A stretch of 64,000 bases of DNA from Batkoa obscura (GCA_030770535.1 JASVEC010000019.1:496001-560000), one strand, 5' to 3'; counted from the first letter of the stretch, positions 49,235-63,144 are shown. The notes: generated by a model from the letters alone, not told the origin. Translations and numbers: made by a program.

Positions 49235-51345
49235 AATTTCATGCTGTCAAAAGTACTTTTAAATAAGATTTTAATAGACCCATAGATGCAAGTATGACCC
49301 AAACATCTTGGCTTCGTTTCTTTACTTTTTACTTTTTTAATAAATTTTTGTTATTGCTTTCAAGCTATTAATTATTTTATAAAATATGAGAATGCTTTTT
49401 TTATCTTGTCCATTTTTTATAGTCTAAAACTAAAATAAAGTACTAGTTAAGTTTTAAATAAAATAAGAGTTTCAGATATATTTGTACATTAAATTGTGCT
49501 TTTTGGAAAAAATCAATAAATACTTATTCCAAAAGCAATTGTTGAATGAACTTTAAAAACTGGTATGAAGTTCTTATGTCAAAAGGTTTTAAAAACTCCC
49601 ATCATATTAGTATTACTAGATACAATTTCAAGTTCTTAGTAAGTCTTTAAACATATTGATATTTAAAAATGCTATAGACATAATTTTTTTTACAAAATTA
49701 AATAGGCTTCTTCGTATCACTTTTTATATATAAAAATATATTTTTATACTCAAGAATTCTAACAGTCCTTTCACTCAAATAGCGCTTGAAAAATGGAAAA
49801 AGCAATGAAGCCGAAAAAAACGTCCCAATAGACTTGCTAAATTTCCTAAAGTGACCTCCAAATGCTAAAAAACAAATTTTATCAGACTGATTAGTATTTT
49901 TCTTTGTATAAGTATAGTTTTATGAAATAGGTTGTTTCTGCATCCAGGCTGATATTAAGCTATGTATTTTACCTCGTGGTTTGTCAATTACACTAATAGA
50001 ATAAAGTGGTAAATAATCAAGTAATATTAATCTCAGAATTAACTTGAATAGGATTAAACCAAATACACTTTCAAATATAGGTAAAAATTATTTATAAGGG
50101 GGCTAAAATATGATAGAAATTTTATATTAGGGGAAGTCTAAGATAAGTATATTTTGTACCATCCATTTTTATTTCATTCAATATGATCCTATGCTTGGTT
50201 AATTGATATCTTGTTTAATCAACTACCATTTAAACATATTATAATAATGTAGTTACCTAAATTATTATAAACGTTTTCTATCATTATTATTATGTTACTG
50301 GGGTATCATCTGCTGTTACATTAACTAAATTCATACTCCACAATTTTAATTTCAAAGGTATAGGCTATCTAGTTTTTATATTAGAAAGCCTTTTTATGAA
50401 AATAGCTAGTATATTATTCAAGCTTTTTTTGGACATCATTTTATTTAGTACATTTACTTAACAAGTTTGCTCACAAAAGGCAAATCCCAAAATGAGTTAA
50501 ATTTTAAAGGGATTCAATATAATGGTATCCCTGATTTATTTATTGTTAGACTGCACTTTAATTTAATTTGTTTATTTTTAGTCTATTTATAAGTATGTAT
50601 TAAAGATATTTTCACATTTATTGTAATGTCATCTAAAATGTTTATTTACTTGTTTTATATGGATATCTAAAGTTGAAAATAAAAATAAAATAATAATAAT
50701 AACCAATAAACAATTAAATATTGTATATTTTGTAATGACATCAACAAGATAAAAACCTATTTAATTGACTTTATGGTTATTTTATCGTAATAACATGATG
50801 ATAAGTTATGAATAAAAGTACCCGATGTAATGATTATTTCAATTTATTAGTTAAAAGGTGCGTTATATGGGGATACTTTTTTGATTTCATTTTTTCCATT
50901 TTTAAGCACCATTTGAACAGAAAGATTGTTAATAAAACTTTTAAAATACATCCCCATATAATATTTATAAAAGTAAATAGACACTAAAAGTTTTAGTATT
51001 TTTAAAAGGGGTACACAATAATTTATGGAATATAGCTCTTCTATTTAGACCTTTGAAGAATAAAATCGTAAAAAGTTCAAATAAAGGATGGTTAATAAAA
51101 GTATTATATTGTTAATATATTTCAAATATTATTTAATCAACAACAATGTGTCACATCTACCATGTGTTGTTAATGTAAATTAAGTTACAAACGAGGCTAA
51201 TTATTGAACTTAATTTGAGATATATACCATAAAACCAAATCAATATTTACTCACAATTATATATTGTAATCAAGAAGTATATATAGTGGTACTTTACCAT
51301 TCAATTAATTCAAATTACCTTAGATACAAATTACTTATAGATAAA

Positions 51346-51471
51346 ATGCAAGTTACTTTACTCATCGCTTACACTGTTTACATTATGTCCTCAATCACTT
51401 CAGTTCCGGTCAACAACCAACCAGCTGCTAATAAAGCCTATGGTTTTGAAACCCGTGGTCACTGGCCTTAG
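51346..51471 (+). CDS. HWP-family precursor 5a: MQVTLLIAYTVYIMSSITSVPVNNQPAANKAYGFETRGHWP
   Basis: ATG at 51346 (the track start is an upstream GTG); 41 aa. Confidence 0.88.
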   Translation: MQVTLLIAYTVYIMSSITSVPVNNQPAANKAYGFETRGHWP

Positions 51472-53464
51472 ACATTAAATCATATCTTAGATGACTATTA
51501 GAGAGATATTACTTAGAAATAAAGACAAAGATATAGAAATAACACTATTTTGAATACCTCCAAATAACAATATTTATTGTAAATCATGAAAGTTAAAAGT
51601 TTATTATTTTATTAATAGTAGAATATTTAGATATGACAATGTATTATTTTTTCACTCTTTATACACAGTAAAATTGAATAAAATTGTACTAGACCTTGAA
51701 CATATTCCTACATCAAAGATAATTTTAAATTTGCTTTATATTGATAAAACTTGATGTGTTAACGAATATGCTTGAGATTTTAGTCATATAAAACTTTAAT
51801 GTGCTAAAATAAATAGAATATTGATAAGTTTACGATTTTAACAAATTCATGTTTGCTAACATCAACTTATTATTTATTGTTTTACCACTTCACTAAAATA
51901 TATACATCTGCACTTTGGCTCTATATCTTTAAACCAAATTTCATATTTTATTGTAATATTTTGATATTTTGTATTTCATGAAAACTAAAGATTTACAAAA
52001 TTACATCATTTTTTCTAGAATACCATAGGGGGATATATTTTTGTATTTAAGCGTTTCGCTAACGATTTTTTTTACCAAATAGCGCTTAAAAGATGAGAAA
52101 AGCAATGAAGTCAAAAAACACACTCTCATAGACTTCTATCTCAACTCGTGGTTCATTAATTATATTAATGGAATAAAATAGTGAACAATAAAGGGGTATT
52201 ATACATTGTATTAACTTGATTAGGACTAAATCGATCACATTTTTAAATAAGTCAAAGCTATATACATGGGACTAAACCTTATTAGATATTTTATACTAAG
52301 GGAAACTTGTGCTTGATCTATTCTTTGATGATCATTTCTTGCTTTAACTGTAGGAAACTAAACCTGGTTAATCCAAGCAACTTGTTCAATATCTTTTATC
52401 ACTACACTTTTGCTAAAACTAAAGGATAATAATACCCAATACTTGTTGAGGTTCTTCTTGTTACTGAGATATCATTTGTACTTTATTGATTAAAACTATT
52501 ATTCTAATCAAAGTCTTGTATCCTACGCTTCTAAATCTAATGATACAAATAATCTATCTCAGATATTAATAATCTTTTTTTAAGAGTACCAAATATATTA
52601 TACTAGTTTTTTATGGATAACTTAATAAGTTTAGTAATTTGTACTCCAATTTTAAATATAAGAGCTAAATTATAAAATCAGTTAAATTTCAAAGGGATTC
52701 AATTTTAGGTTAAACTCGATTTTTTATTGGACTATAATACTTTGGTTATATTTAGTATATTTATCAATATTTCTAAAGAAACACACATTAAAAGTTCCTT
52801 CAACTTCAATGTTTGTACTTTTTTCTAATTTCGTTATTACCTGAGCTAAAAGTCAAATAACTATAAAATAGACAATGATGTCAAGGTAATAACAATTAAT
52901 ACAAGATTAGAGACCATATAGTCGACAGCTCAAAACAACAAGTTGTTAACAGTTAAGTATTTTATAATATCAAATTGTAATGAAAATAATTTTATATAAC
53001 AATAACGTGAAAATGACTAATAGATACGAAATAGCCAAAAACGACTATTAACTTATTTTTATAAGTCAATATGTACAGGATGAATATTTATAAACTTAAG
53101 TGGACCTAGGTTTTAAACATATTTATTAAAAGGGTGTATAAAAATATGAGAAATCTATTTTTTTTATTCAAATTATAAAACATAAATATAGAGTTTTTAA
53201 ATTAGAAGCAACTAATAATGATACACTATAACCGTAAATCAAGTATGTATTTGGTCAACGACAGTGGGATATATACCACGAGCTATTGACATAAATCAGG
53301 TCATAAAGAAACCAAACTATAAAGTTTAATTGAATTGTCATGGGTAGTAACACATCTAATGTTTTTAATATAGTTCTATAATTTTACCAAAAAATATAAA
53401 TAGAAGTAATTTTATCACCTTTATAAAATTTAATTGTGTTAGGTACTTATCAACTATAAACAAA

Positions 53465-53590
53465 ATGCAAGTTACTTTACTCATCGCTTACACTGTTTAC
53501 ATCTTGTCTTCAATCGCCTCAGTTTCGATCAATAATCAACCAGCTGCTGGAAAATTCTTTAATAGTGGGACTCATCGTCACTGGCCTTAA
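53465..53590 (+). CDS. HWP-family precursor 6a: MQVTLLIAYTVYILSSIASVSINNQPAAGKFFNSGTHRHWP
   Basis: 41-aa ORF with TATAAATA upstream and AATAAA downstream. Confidence 0.88.
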   Translation: MQVTLLIAYTVYILSSIASVSINNQPAAGKFFNSGTHRHWP

Positions 53591-54972
53591 ATTCTGAACT
53601 AAACACTAGATTAGTACTAGAGTCGCACTTATTCCCAAATAAACTAAATAACTTATATTTTTTATTTAAAGGCTGTAATATATTATTAATTTTAGTAAAT
53701 AAATTTCATTTTTGAAGCGAACATTTTAGCACCAAAATGCATTTTTTACAAAACAAAATCTAGAAATATCTCTAGTAAATTATTGAGGTAAAAAAACATT
53801 CTAAATAATGAAAAAATATTCTTCAAATGTAAAGCAGAAAAATCGAGAAATGATCCAGGTTTCTAACCTTTAGGTTAAGGAATTATGGCTTTCATACCGT
53901 TGCCAGCTTAGAATCAAAGATGGACGTAAGAGCATGTTTTCCTTTGCAAAGAATTAGGATCTTCCATTCCTGATGAAAACATTTCCAATTTCATCTCTTT
54001 TATATTTATTAGTATGATATTGAGATATAAATAACTGTATTGTAAAATTTTAGTAGTTGAACAATCACAAAGCTAACTTTGCAGTCCATCTATAGTCAAA
54101 AGCTAAGGCTTTGAAAACAAACATTTCTACTCGAATATCTTTAACAATGAGTTACTATCTTAGCTCTACTATATGTTTAGATAAAAATTACCAAAGCTTT
54201 ATTAAAGAAATTTTAGTAGATACATAACACAGATAATCTATAAAAAAGTTTTACAAAGTTTAGTGTTTATAATGAAGTAATACTAGAGTTTAAAAAATTA
54301 AAATTTTCTTCTGTATCTATAAAATTATCAATATTTGAATCTGGTACTTAACTGTATTGATCTTCTAAAAATTTTATAGATGTACAAAGACTATGGGCCT
54401 CATTAATCAAATAGAAAATTCTATCTACCCCAACAGTAGCTTCAGAAGAAGTTACAAGCTTGTCATCACAAATCAATCTAGCTTGATATTACCATCGAAT
54501 ATTTAGGTATTTGTCAGTCCTAATACTAAAAGATCTTTATTGATAGTAATCTTTTTTACTATGAATAACCCCTACCATCTCAATGAAAAAAAAACACATT
54601 TCATTTGCTTGTGAGATTCGCTACATAAAGATTGCTAACCTAGATTGAAGCTATCAGGATAAATAATAAAAGTTTAACAATAAATTATGTACATATTTTA
54701 AAAGCTTCTTGCTAAGCTTAAATTGATAATTTGTATAAACAAACAATAAATAGCTTTTAGTACTTTATTTTTTATAGCAGATCTTTACGAGTACTTGGTT
54801 TATTTAAACAAGGAATACAAAAAAGCTATGGATAAAATATTAGAATTGAAAGATTTTTACAAGATTGACTATATTGTATGAAATTGAACTTAGGGCTATA
54901 ATCTATTAAATGTGAATACTATGCTTTTTGAGTGAGGATCGAATTTATTGTTGATCAAAAAAACTCTACTAA

Positions 54973-55865
54973 TTATAATGATTTATAATAGTCAGATCCA
55001 AATAACTTATCAGTAAGAACATTTATCTCTTTTAAGAAGATTGAGTTAGTAAGATATAAAATTGAGTTTATAAGCCCTTGTATACTAGAAAAGAAAGTTA
55101 AAATTAAGCTCAAAATATGCACAGAGTAACTATCAATTGATATTCCTAAAAGAGCACCAATTGATAAATAAATAGTAACATCATGTGCAGTGATTGGTAC
55201 CAATGGGTATAAAGCTAATCTATAAAGGGTGTAATAGCTAATATCCAGGCCACTTCTATTTAATTTGATATTTGTCCTATTTAACTCTCTTTTCTTCTTT
55301 ATTAGATGGTAAATTATTACTGTATATGTAATTGGTATTACTATTACCCCTACAAATACTGTTAAAAAATTACATACTACTAACCAATATTCTCCTCCCT
55401 TTTCAGTTCTGTATCCGCAGCTCTTTTCTGTAGCATCAATTTTGTTAAATGCAATGGGTGATAGACTTATTGTCAACGATATCAATATTGAAATTATAAG
55501 GATTAAGCGTTTAATTAACTTTGTGATTTTGCATTGATATTTTATATTCATTAGATAGACCACTGCTATGACTATTGAGTATAACATTGAACTTCAAATA
55601 TCAAATGAAACCATCCAAATCCTTAAATAACAAACTGATGGTGACTTATATTCATAAAGTATTGTTCCAAGTATTAACCTTAAATTATAGATTAAGTCAC
55701 TTAATAGTATACATAAGGACGATTTGTAAGTAATTGAACGGTTAATCTCTTTGTTATAATATGATATAATAGTAAATAAAAAAAACAGAATAGAATGAGA
55801 GTTAATGATATTGAATTAGAGAAAAAGTTAGTTAAATTCATATTAAATTCACGAGAGATATTCAT
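54973..55865 (-). pseudogene. Disrupted 7TM GPCR-like gene
   Basis: ATG at 55865 (MNISREFNMNLTNFFSNSIS...), a 1-bp frameshift in an A8 run near 55778-55785 and an in-frame TGA at 55594-55596. The track ORF covers only the end of TM3 to the C-terminus (IQGLINSILYLTNS). Confidence 0.85.
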
Positions 55866-58624
55866 CTTCAAAGTTAAAAGTTAAAAGGAAAGTGTTTTTT
55901 TATAATTTTATATCTGATAACTTTTATTTATTTAATTGATTAACTTGTTCTATAATAAATTGTATTTATTTGATTTTTCAAATAGAACATAAAACATGAT
56001 ATGAGAGTGTTTTTTGATTTTACCACTTTTACCATTTTAAGCGCCGTTTGAGCAGAAAGATTGTTAGTAAAATTCTTGAAGAAATACATCTCTCATATAT
56101 TAAATTTTCTAGTCTATTGTTTAGTGAACTATAAAATTTAATATGGCTAGTTTAAAAGAGTATAATTAATAGTTCCATAATCATTCAACTCAAACTAAGA
56201 TTTGAATTAAGGATGGACTCTGGTATAAATGTCAAAATATATGAGAATGTATTTTTGTACTTAAGAATTTCACTAACAATTTTTCCACTCAAATAATGTT
56301 TAAAAGATGAAAAAAACAATGAAGCAAAAAAAAAAAACACCCCCATATGATCAAAGTAATTTGATGTATTTTATATAAGTTGTTAAACCTATTCAATTAG
56401 AGCCTCAAAAAACCAGCTTACTTTGATTAGAAAGCTCAAATCATCCTCCACATTTGATACTTTCAGTAAGATTATATTTGTAATCCTAATAAAAAATATA
56501 GACTTATCTTTATCTAAACTCTTTTTGTTGATTTACTCTTTTATCTAACCTTTTCCAGCTAAAAACCCTAGATGCATGTTTGCTATAACCTCTGGAAAGA
56601 TGCCTATATAGCATTTATTCTTTTGAATACCATTTCCGAATTCGAGTTTGTCTCAATCAACTGCTGCCATTACTTCCCACTAAATTCCACGCTTTCATAA
56701 GTTTTCGTAATAAATCCCTTGTGTTACCTTTATTGTTCCAGATACTATCTACATTTAACTTATCTCATTCCTCCCACTATTTGTCTAATTTTTTATTTTG
56801 GCTTTTTGATAAGGCCTTTTATCTCTTCTACACGATTATGGACTTTACATAAAAGTTGCACTTTAACTCACTTAATCCACTGACAATCCCATCATTTACC
56901 TATAATTACAATCCTCTTCTCATTTATTGAGATATCCTCCAGAAATTAGAATCAAGAAATTACTATTTTACCTTCTTATATCAACCAAATTTAAGAATGA
57001 GCTGAACTATGTCTTTGAGTTCTTAAACAGGCTGCTCTCAATGGTTCAGCGCTTTAAGTTTATTAATTTTTGATTTAAAATTTTTGTATTAAATAAAATA
57101 TTCGGAACCGATACCCGAAAGAAAAAAGACGTTTAAAGTATTTGAGAAGACACGATTTATTTGGTTTATCCTCTCTTCTATCATAAAAACTTAAATTTAA
57201 TAAAATTATTACTATACTACATTTAAGTTATAATTAGACTTGGGCTTCAACTTGTGGCTCATAATTATATTGACTGAATAGATCAACAAACAATTGCGGA
57301 GCGTTAACTATAGACTTAACTTGAATAGGATTAAACCAAATACACTTTCAAATATAGGTAAAAATTATTTATAAGGGGGCTAAAATATGATAGAAATTTT
57401 ATATTAGGGGAAGTCTAAGATAAGTATATATTTTGTACCATCCATTTTTATTTCATTCAATATGATCCTATGCTTGGTTAATTGATATCTTGTTTAATCA
57501 ACTACCATTTAAACATATTATAATAATGTAGTTACCTAAATTATTATAAACGTTTTCTATCATTATTATTATGTTACTGGGGTATCATCTGCTGTTACAT
57601 TAACTAAATTCATACTCCACAATTTTAATTTCAAAGGTATAGGCTATCTAGTTTTTATATTAGAAAGCCTTTTTATGAAAATAGCTAGTATATTATTCAA
57701 GCTTTTTTTGGACATCATTTTATTTAGTACATTTACTTAACAAGTTTGCTCACAAAAGGCAAATCCCAAAATGAGTTAAATTTTAAAGGGATTCAATATA
57801 ATGGTATCCCTGATTTATTTATTGTTAGACTGCACTTTAATTTAATTTGTTTATTTTTAGTCTATTTATAAGTATGTATTAAAGATATTTTCACATTTAT
57901 TGTAATGTCATCTAAAATGTTTATTTACTTGTTTTATATGGATATCTAAAGTTGAAAATAAAAATAAAATAATAATAATAACCAATAAACAATTAAATAT
58001 TGTATATTTTGTAATGACATCAACAAGATAAAAACCTATTTAATTGACTTTATGGTTATTTTATCGTAATAACATGATGATAAGTTATGAATAAAAGTAC
58101 CCGATGTAATGATTATTTCAATTTATTAGTTAAAAGGTGCGTTATATGGGGATACTTTTTTGATTTCATTTTTTCCATTTTTAAGCACCATTTGAACAGA
58201 AAGATTGTTAATAAAACTTTTAAAATACATCCCCATATAATATTTATAAAAGTAAATAGACACTAAAAGTTTTAGTATTTTTAAAAGGGGTACACAATAA
58301 TTTATGGAATATAGCTCTTCTATTTAGACCTTTGAAGAATAAAATCGTAAAAAGTTCAAATAAAGGATGGTTAATAAAAGTATTATATTGTTAATATATT
58401 TCAAATATTATTTAATCAACAACAATGTGTCACATCTACCATGTGTTGTTAATGTAAATTAAGTTACAAACGAGGCTAATTATTGAACTTAATTTGAGAT
58501 ATATACCATAAAACCAAATCAATATTTACTCACAATTATATATTGTAATCAAGAAGTATATATAGTGGTACTTTACCATTCAATTAATTCAAATTACCTT
58601 AGATACAAATTACTTATAGATAAA

Positions 58625-58750
58625 ATGCAAGTTACTTTACTCATCGCTTACACTGTTTACATTATGTCCTCAATCACTTCAGTTCCGGTCAACAACCAAC
58701 CAGCTGCTAATAAAGCCTATGGTTTTGAAACCCGTGGTCACTGGCCTTAG
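58625..58750 (+). CDS. HWP-family precursor 5b (identical to 5a)
   Basis: Copy within the tandem duplication. Confidence 0.85.
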   Translation: MQVTLLIAYTVYIMSSITSVPVNNQPAANKAYGFETRGHWP

Positions 58751-60743
58751 ACATTAAATCATATCTTAGATGACTATTAGAGAGATATTACTTAGAAATA
58801 AAGACAAAGATATAGAAATAACACTATTTTGAATACCTCCAAATAACAATATTTATTGTAAATCATGAAAGTTAAAAGTTTATTATTTTATTAATAGTAG
58901 AATATTTAGATATGACAATGTATTATTTTTTCACTCTTTATACACAGTAAAATTGAATAAAATTGTACTAGACCTTGAACATATTCCTACATCAAAGATA
59001 ATTTTAAATTTGCTTTATATTGATAAAACTTGATGTGTTAACGAATATGCTTGAGATTTTAGTCATATAAAACTTTAATGTGCTAAAATAAATAGAATAT
59101 TGATAAGTTTACGATTTTAACAAATTCATGTTTGCTAACATCAACTTATTATTTATTGTTTTACCACTTCACTAAAATATATACATCTGCACTTTGGCTC
59201 TATATCTTTAAACCAAATTTCATATTTTATTGTAATATTTTGATATTTTGTATTTCATGAAAACTAAAGATTTACAAAATTACATCATTTTTTCTAGAAT
59301 ACCATAGGGGGATATATTTTTGTATTTAAGCGTTTCGCTAACGATTTTTTTTACCAAATAGCGCTTAAAAGATGAGAAAAGCAATGAAGTCAAAAAACAC
59401 ACTCTCATAGACTTCTATCTCAACTCGTGGTTCATTAATTATATTAATGGAATAAAATAGTGAACAATAAAGGGGTATTATACATTGTATTAACTTGATT
59501 AGGACTAAATCGATCACATTTTTAAATAAGTCAAAGCTATATACATGGGACTAAACCTTATTAGATATTTTATACTAAGGGAAACTTGTGCTTGATCTAT
59601 TCTTTGATGATCATTTCTTGCTTTAACTGTAGGAAACTAAACCTGGTTAATCCAAGCAACTTGTTCAATATCTTTTATCACTACACTTTTGCTAAAACTA
59701 AAGGATAATAATACCCAATACTTGTTGAGGTTCTTCTTGTTACTGAGATATCATTTGTACTTTATTGATTAAAACTATTATTCTAATCAAAGTCTTGTAT
59801 CCTACGCTTCTAAATCTAATGATACAAATAATCTATCTCAGATATTAATAATCTTTTTTTAAGAGTACCAAATATATTATACTAGTTTTTTATGGATAAC
59901 TTAATAAGTTTAGTAATTTGTACTCCAATTTTAAATATAAGAGCTAAATTATAAAATCAGTTAAATTTCAAAGGGATTCAATTTTAGGTTAAACTCGATT
60001 TTTTATTGGACTATAATACTTTGGTTATATTTAGTATATTTATCAATATTTCTAAAGAAACACACATTAAAAGTTCCTTCAACTTCAATGTTTGTACTTT
60101 TTTCTAATTTCGTTATTACCTGAGCTAAAAGTCAAATAACTATAAAATAGACAATGATGTCAAGGTAATAACAATTAATACAAGATTAGAGACCATATAG
60201 TCGACAGCTCAAAACAACAAGTTGTTAACAGTTAAGTATTTTATAATATCAAATTGTAATGAAAATAATTTTATATAACAATAACGTGAAAATGACTAAT
60301 AGATACGAAATAGCCAAAAACGACTATTAACTTATTTTTATAAGTCAATATGTACAGGATGAATATTTATAAACTTAAGTGGACCTAGGTTTTAAACATA
60401 TTTATTAAAAGGGTGTATAAAAATATGAGAAATCTATTTTTTTTATTCAAATTATAAAACATAAATATAGAGTTTTTAAATTAGAAGCAACTAATAATGA
60501 TACACTATAACCGTAAATCAAGTATGTATTTGGTCAACGACAGTGGGATATATACCACGAGCTATTGACATAAATCAGGTCATAAAGAAACCAAACTATA
60601 AAGTTTAATTGAATTGTCATGGGTAGTAACACATCTAATGTTTTTAATATAGTTCTATAATTTTACCAAAAAATATAAATAGAAGTAATTTTATCACCTT
60701 TATAAAATTTAATTGTGTTAGGTACTTATCAACTATAAACAAA

Positions 60744-60869
60744 ATGCAAGTTACTTTACTCATCGCTTACACTGTTTACATCTTGTCTTCAATCGCCTCA
60801 GTTTCGATCAATAATCAACCAGCTGCTGGAAAATTCTTTAATAGTGGGACTCATCGTCACTGGCCTTAA
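60744..60869 (+). CDS. HWP-family precursor 6b (identical to 6a)
   Basis: Copy within the tandem duplication. Confidence 0.85.
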   Translation: MQVTLLIAYTVYILSSIASVSINNQPAAGKFFNSGTHRHWP

Positions 60870-62251
60870 ATTCTGAACTAAACACTAGATTAGTACTAGA
60901 GTCGCACTTATTCCCAAATAAACTAAATAACTTATATTTTTTATTTAAAGGCTGTAATATATTATTAATTTTAGTAAATAAATTTCATTTTTGAAGCGAA
61001 CATTTTAGCACCAAAATGCATTTTTTACAAAACAAAATCTAGAAATATCTCTAGTAAATTATTGAGGTAAAAAAACATTCTAAATAATGAAAAAATATTC
61101 TTCAAATGTAAAGCAGAAAAATCGAGAAATGATCCAGGTTTCTAACCTTTAGGTTAAGGAATTATGGCTTTCATACCGTTGCCAGCTTAGAATCAAAGAT
61201 GGACGTAAGAGCATGTTTTCCTTTGCAAAGAATTAGGATCTTCCATTCCTGATGAAAACATTTCCAATTTCATCTCTTTTATATTTATTAGTATGATATT
61301 GAGATATAAATAACTGTATTGTAAAATTTTAGTAGTTGAACAATCACAAAGCTAACTTTGCAGTCCATCTATAGTCAAAAGCTAAGGCTTTGAAAACAAA
61401 CATTTCTACTCGAATATCTTTAACAATGAGTTACTATCTTAGCTCTACTATATGTTTAGATAAAAATTACCAAAGCTTTATTAAAGAAATTTTAGTAGAT
61501 ACATAACACAGATAATCTATAAAAAAGTTTTACAAAGTTTAGTGTTTATAATGAAGTAATACTAGAGTTTAAAAAATTAAAATTTTCTTCTGTATCTATA
61601 AAATTATCAATATTTGAATCTGGTACTTAACTGTATTGATCTTCTAAAAATTTTATAGATGTACAAAGACTATGGGCCTCATTAATCAAATAGAAAATTC
61701 TATCTACCCCAACAGTAGCTTCAGAAGAAGTTACAAGCTTGTCATCACAAATCAATCTAGCTTGATATTACCATCGAATATTTAGGTATTTGTCAGTCCT
61801 AATACTAAAAGATCTTTATTGATAGTAATCTTTTTTACTATGAATAACCCCTACCATCTCAATGAAAAAAAAACACATTTCATTTGCTTGTGAGATTCGC
61901 TACATAAAGATTGCTAACCTAGATTGAAGCTATCAGGATAAATAATAAAAGTTTAACAATAAATTATGTACATATTTTAAAAGCTTCTTGCTAAGCTTAA
62001 ATTGATAATTTGTATAAACAAACAATAAATAGCTTTTAGTACTTTATTTTTTATAGCAGATCTTTACGAGTACTTGGTTTATTTAAACAAGGAATACAAA
62101 AAAGCTATGGATAAAATATTAGAATTGAAAGATTTTTACAAGATTGACTATATTGTATGAAATTGAACTTAGGGCTATAATCTATTAAATGTGAATACTA
62201 TGCTTTTTGAGTGAGGATCGAATTTATTGTTGATCAAAAAAACTCTACTAA

Positions 62252-63144
62252 TTATAATGATTTATAATAGTCAGATCCAAATAACTTATCAGTAAGAACA
62301 TTTATCTCTTTTAAGAAGATTGAGTTAGTAAGATATAAAATTGAGTTTATAAGCCCTTGTATACTAGAAAAGAAAGTTAAAATTAAGCTCAAAATATGCA
62401 CAGAGTAACTATCAATTGATATTCCTAAAAGAGCACCAATTGATAAATAAATAGTAACATCATGTGCAGTGATTGGTACCAATGGGTATAAAGCTAATCT
62501 ATAAAGGGTGTAATAGCTAATATCCAGGCCACTTCTATTTAATTTGATATTTGTCCTATTTAACTCTCTTTTCTTCTTTATTAGATGGTAAATTATTACT
62601 GTATATGTAATTGGTATTACTATTACCCCTACAAATACTGTTAAAAAATTACATACTACTAACCAATATTCTCCTCCCTTTTCAGTTCTGTATCCGCAGC
62701 TCTTTTCTGTAGCATCAATTTTGTTAAATGCAATGGGTGATAGACTTATTGTCAACGATATCAATATTGAAATTATAAGGATTAAGCGTTTAATTAACTT
62801 TGTGATTTTGCATTGATATTTTATATTCATTAGATAGACCACTGCTATGACTATTGAGTATAACATTGAACTTCAAATATCAAATGAAACCATCCAAATC
62901 CTTAAATAACAAACTGATGGTGACTTATATTCATAAAGTATTGTTCCAAGTATTAACCTTAAATTATAGATTAAGTCACTTAATAGTATACATAAGGACG
63001 ATTTGTAAGTAATTGAACGGTTAATCTCTTTGTTATAATATGATATAATAGTAAATAAAAAAAACAGAATAGAATGAGAGTTAATGATATTGAATTAGAG
63101 AAAAAGTTAGTTAAATTCATATTAAATTCACGAGAGATATTCAT
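62252..63144 (-). pseudogene. Disrupted 7TM GPCR-like gene (duplicate of 54973-55865)
   Basis: Same frameshift and premature TGA as the first copy. Confidence 0.85.

Larger units (their letters stand above)
50039..57315 (+). repeat. Tandem segmental duplication, unit 1 (~7.28 kb)
   Basis: 50039-56721 recurs at 57316-64000, offset 7277 then 7279 after a 2-bp TA indel near 50148/57427. Confidence 0.95.

Noticed and set aside
56380..57050. Pyrimidine-rich tract that may be a retroelement relic (similar character at 7210-7500 and 31560-31960)
   Set aside because: Many stops and no recognisable RT, integrase or endonuclease motif, so it cannot be supported without a search.
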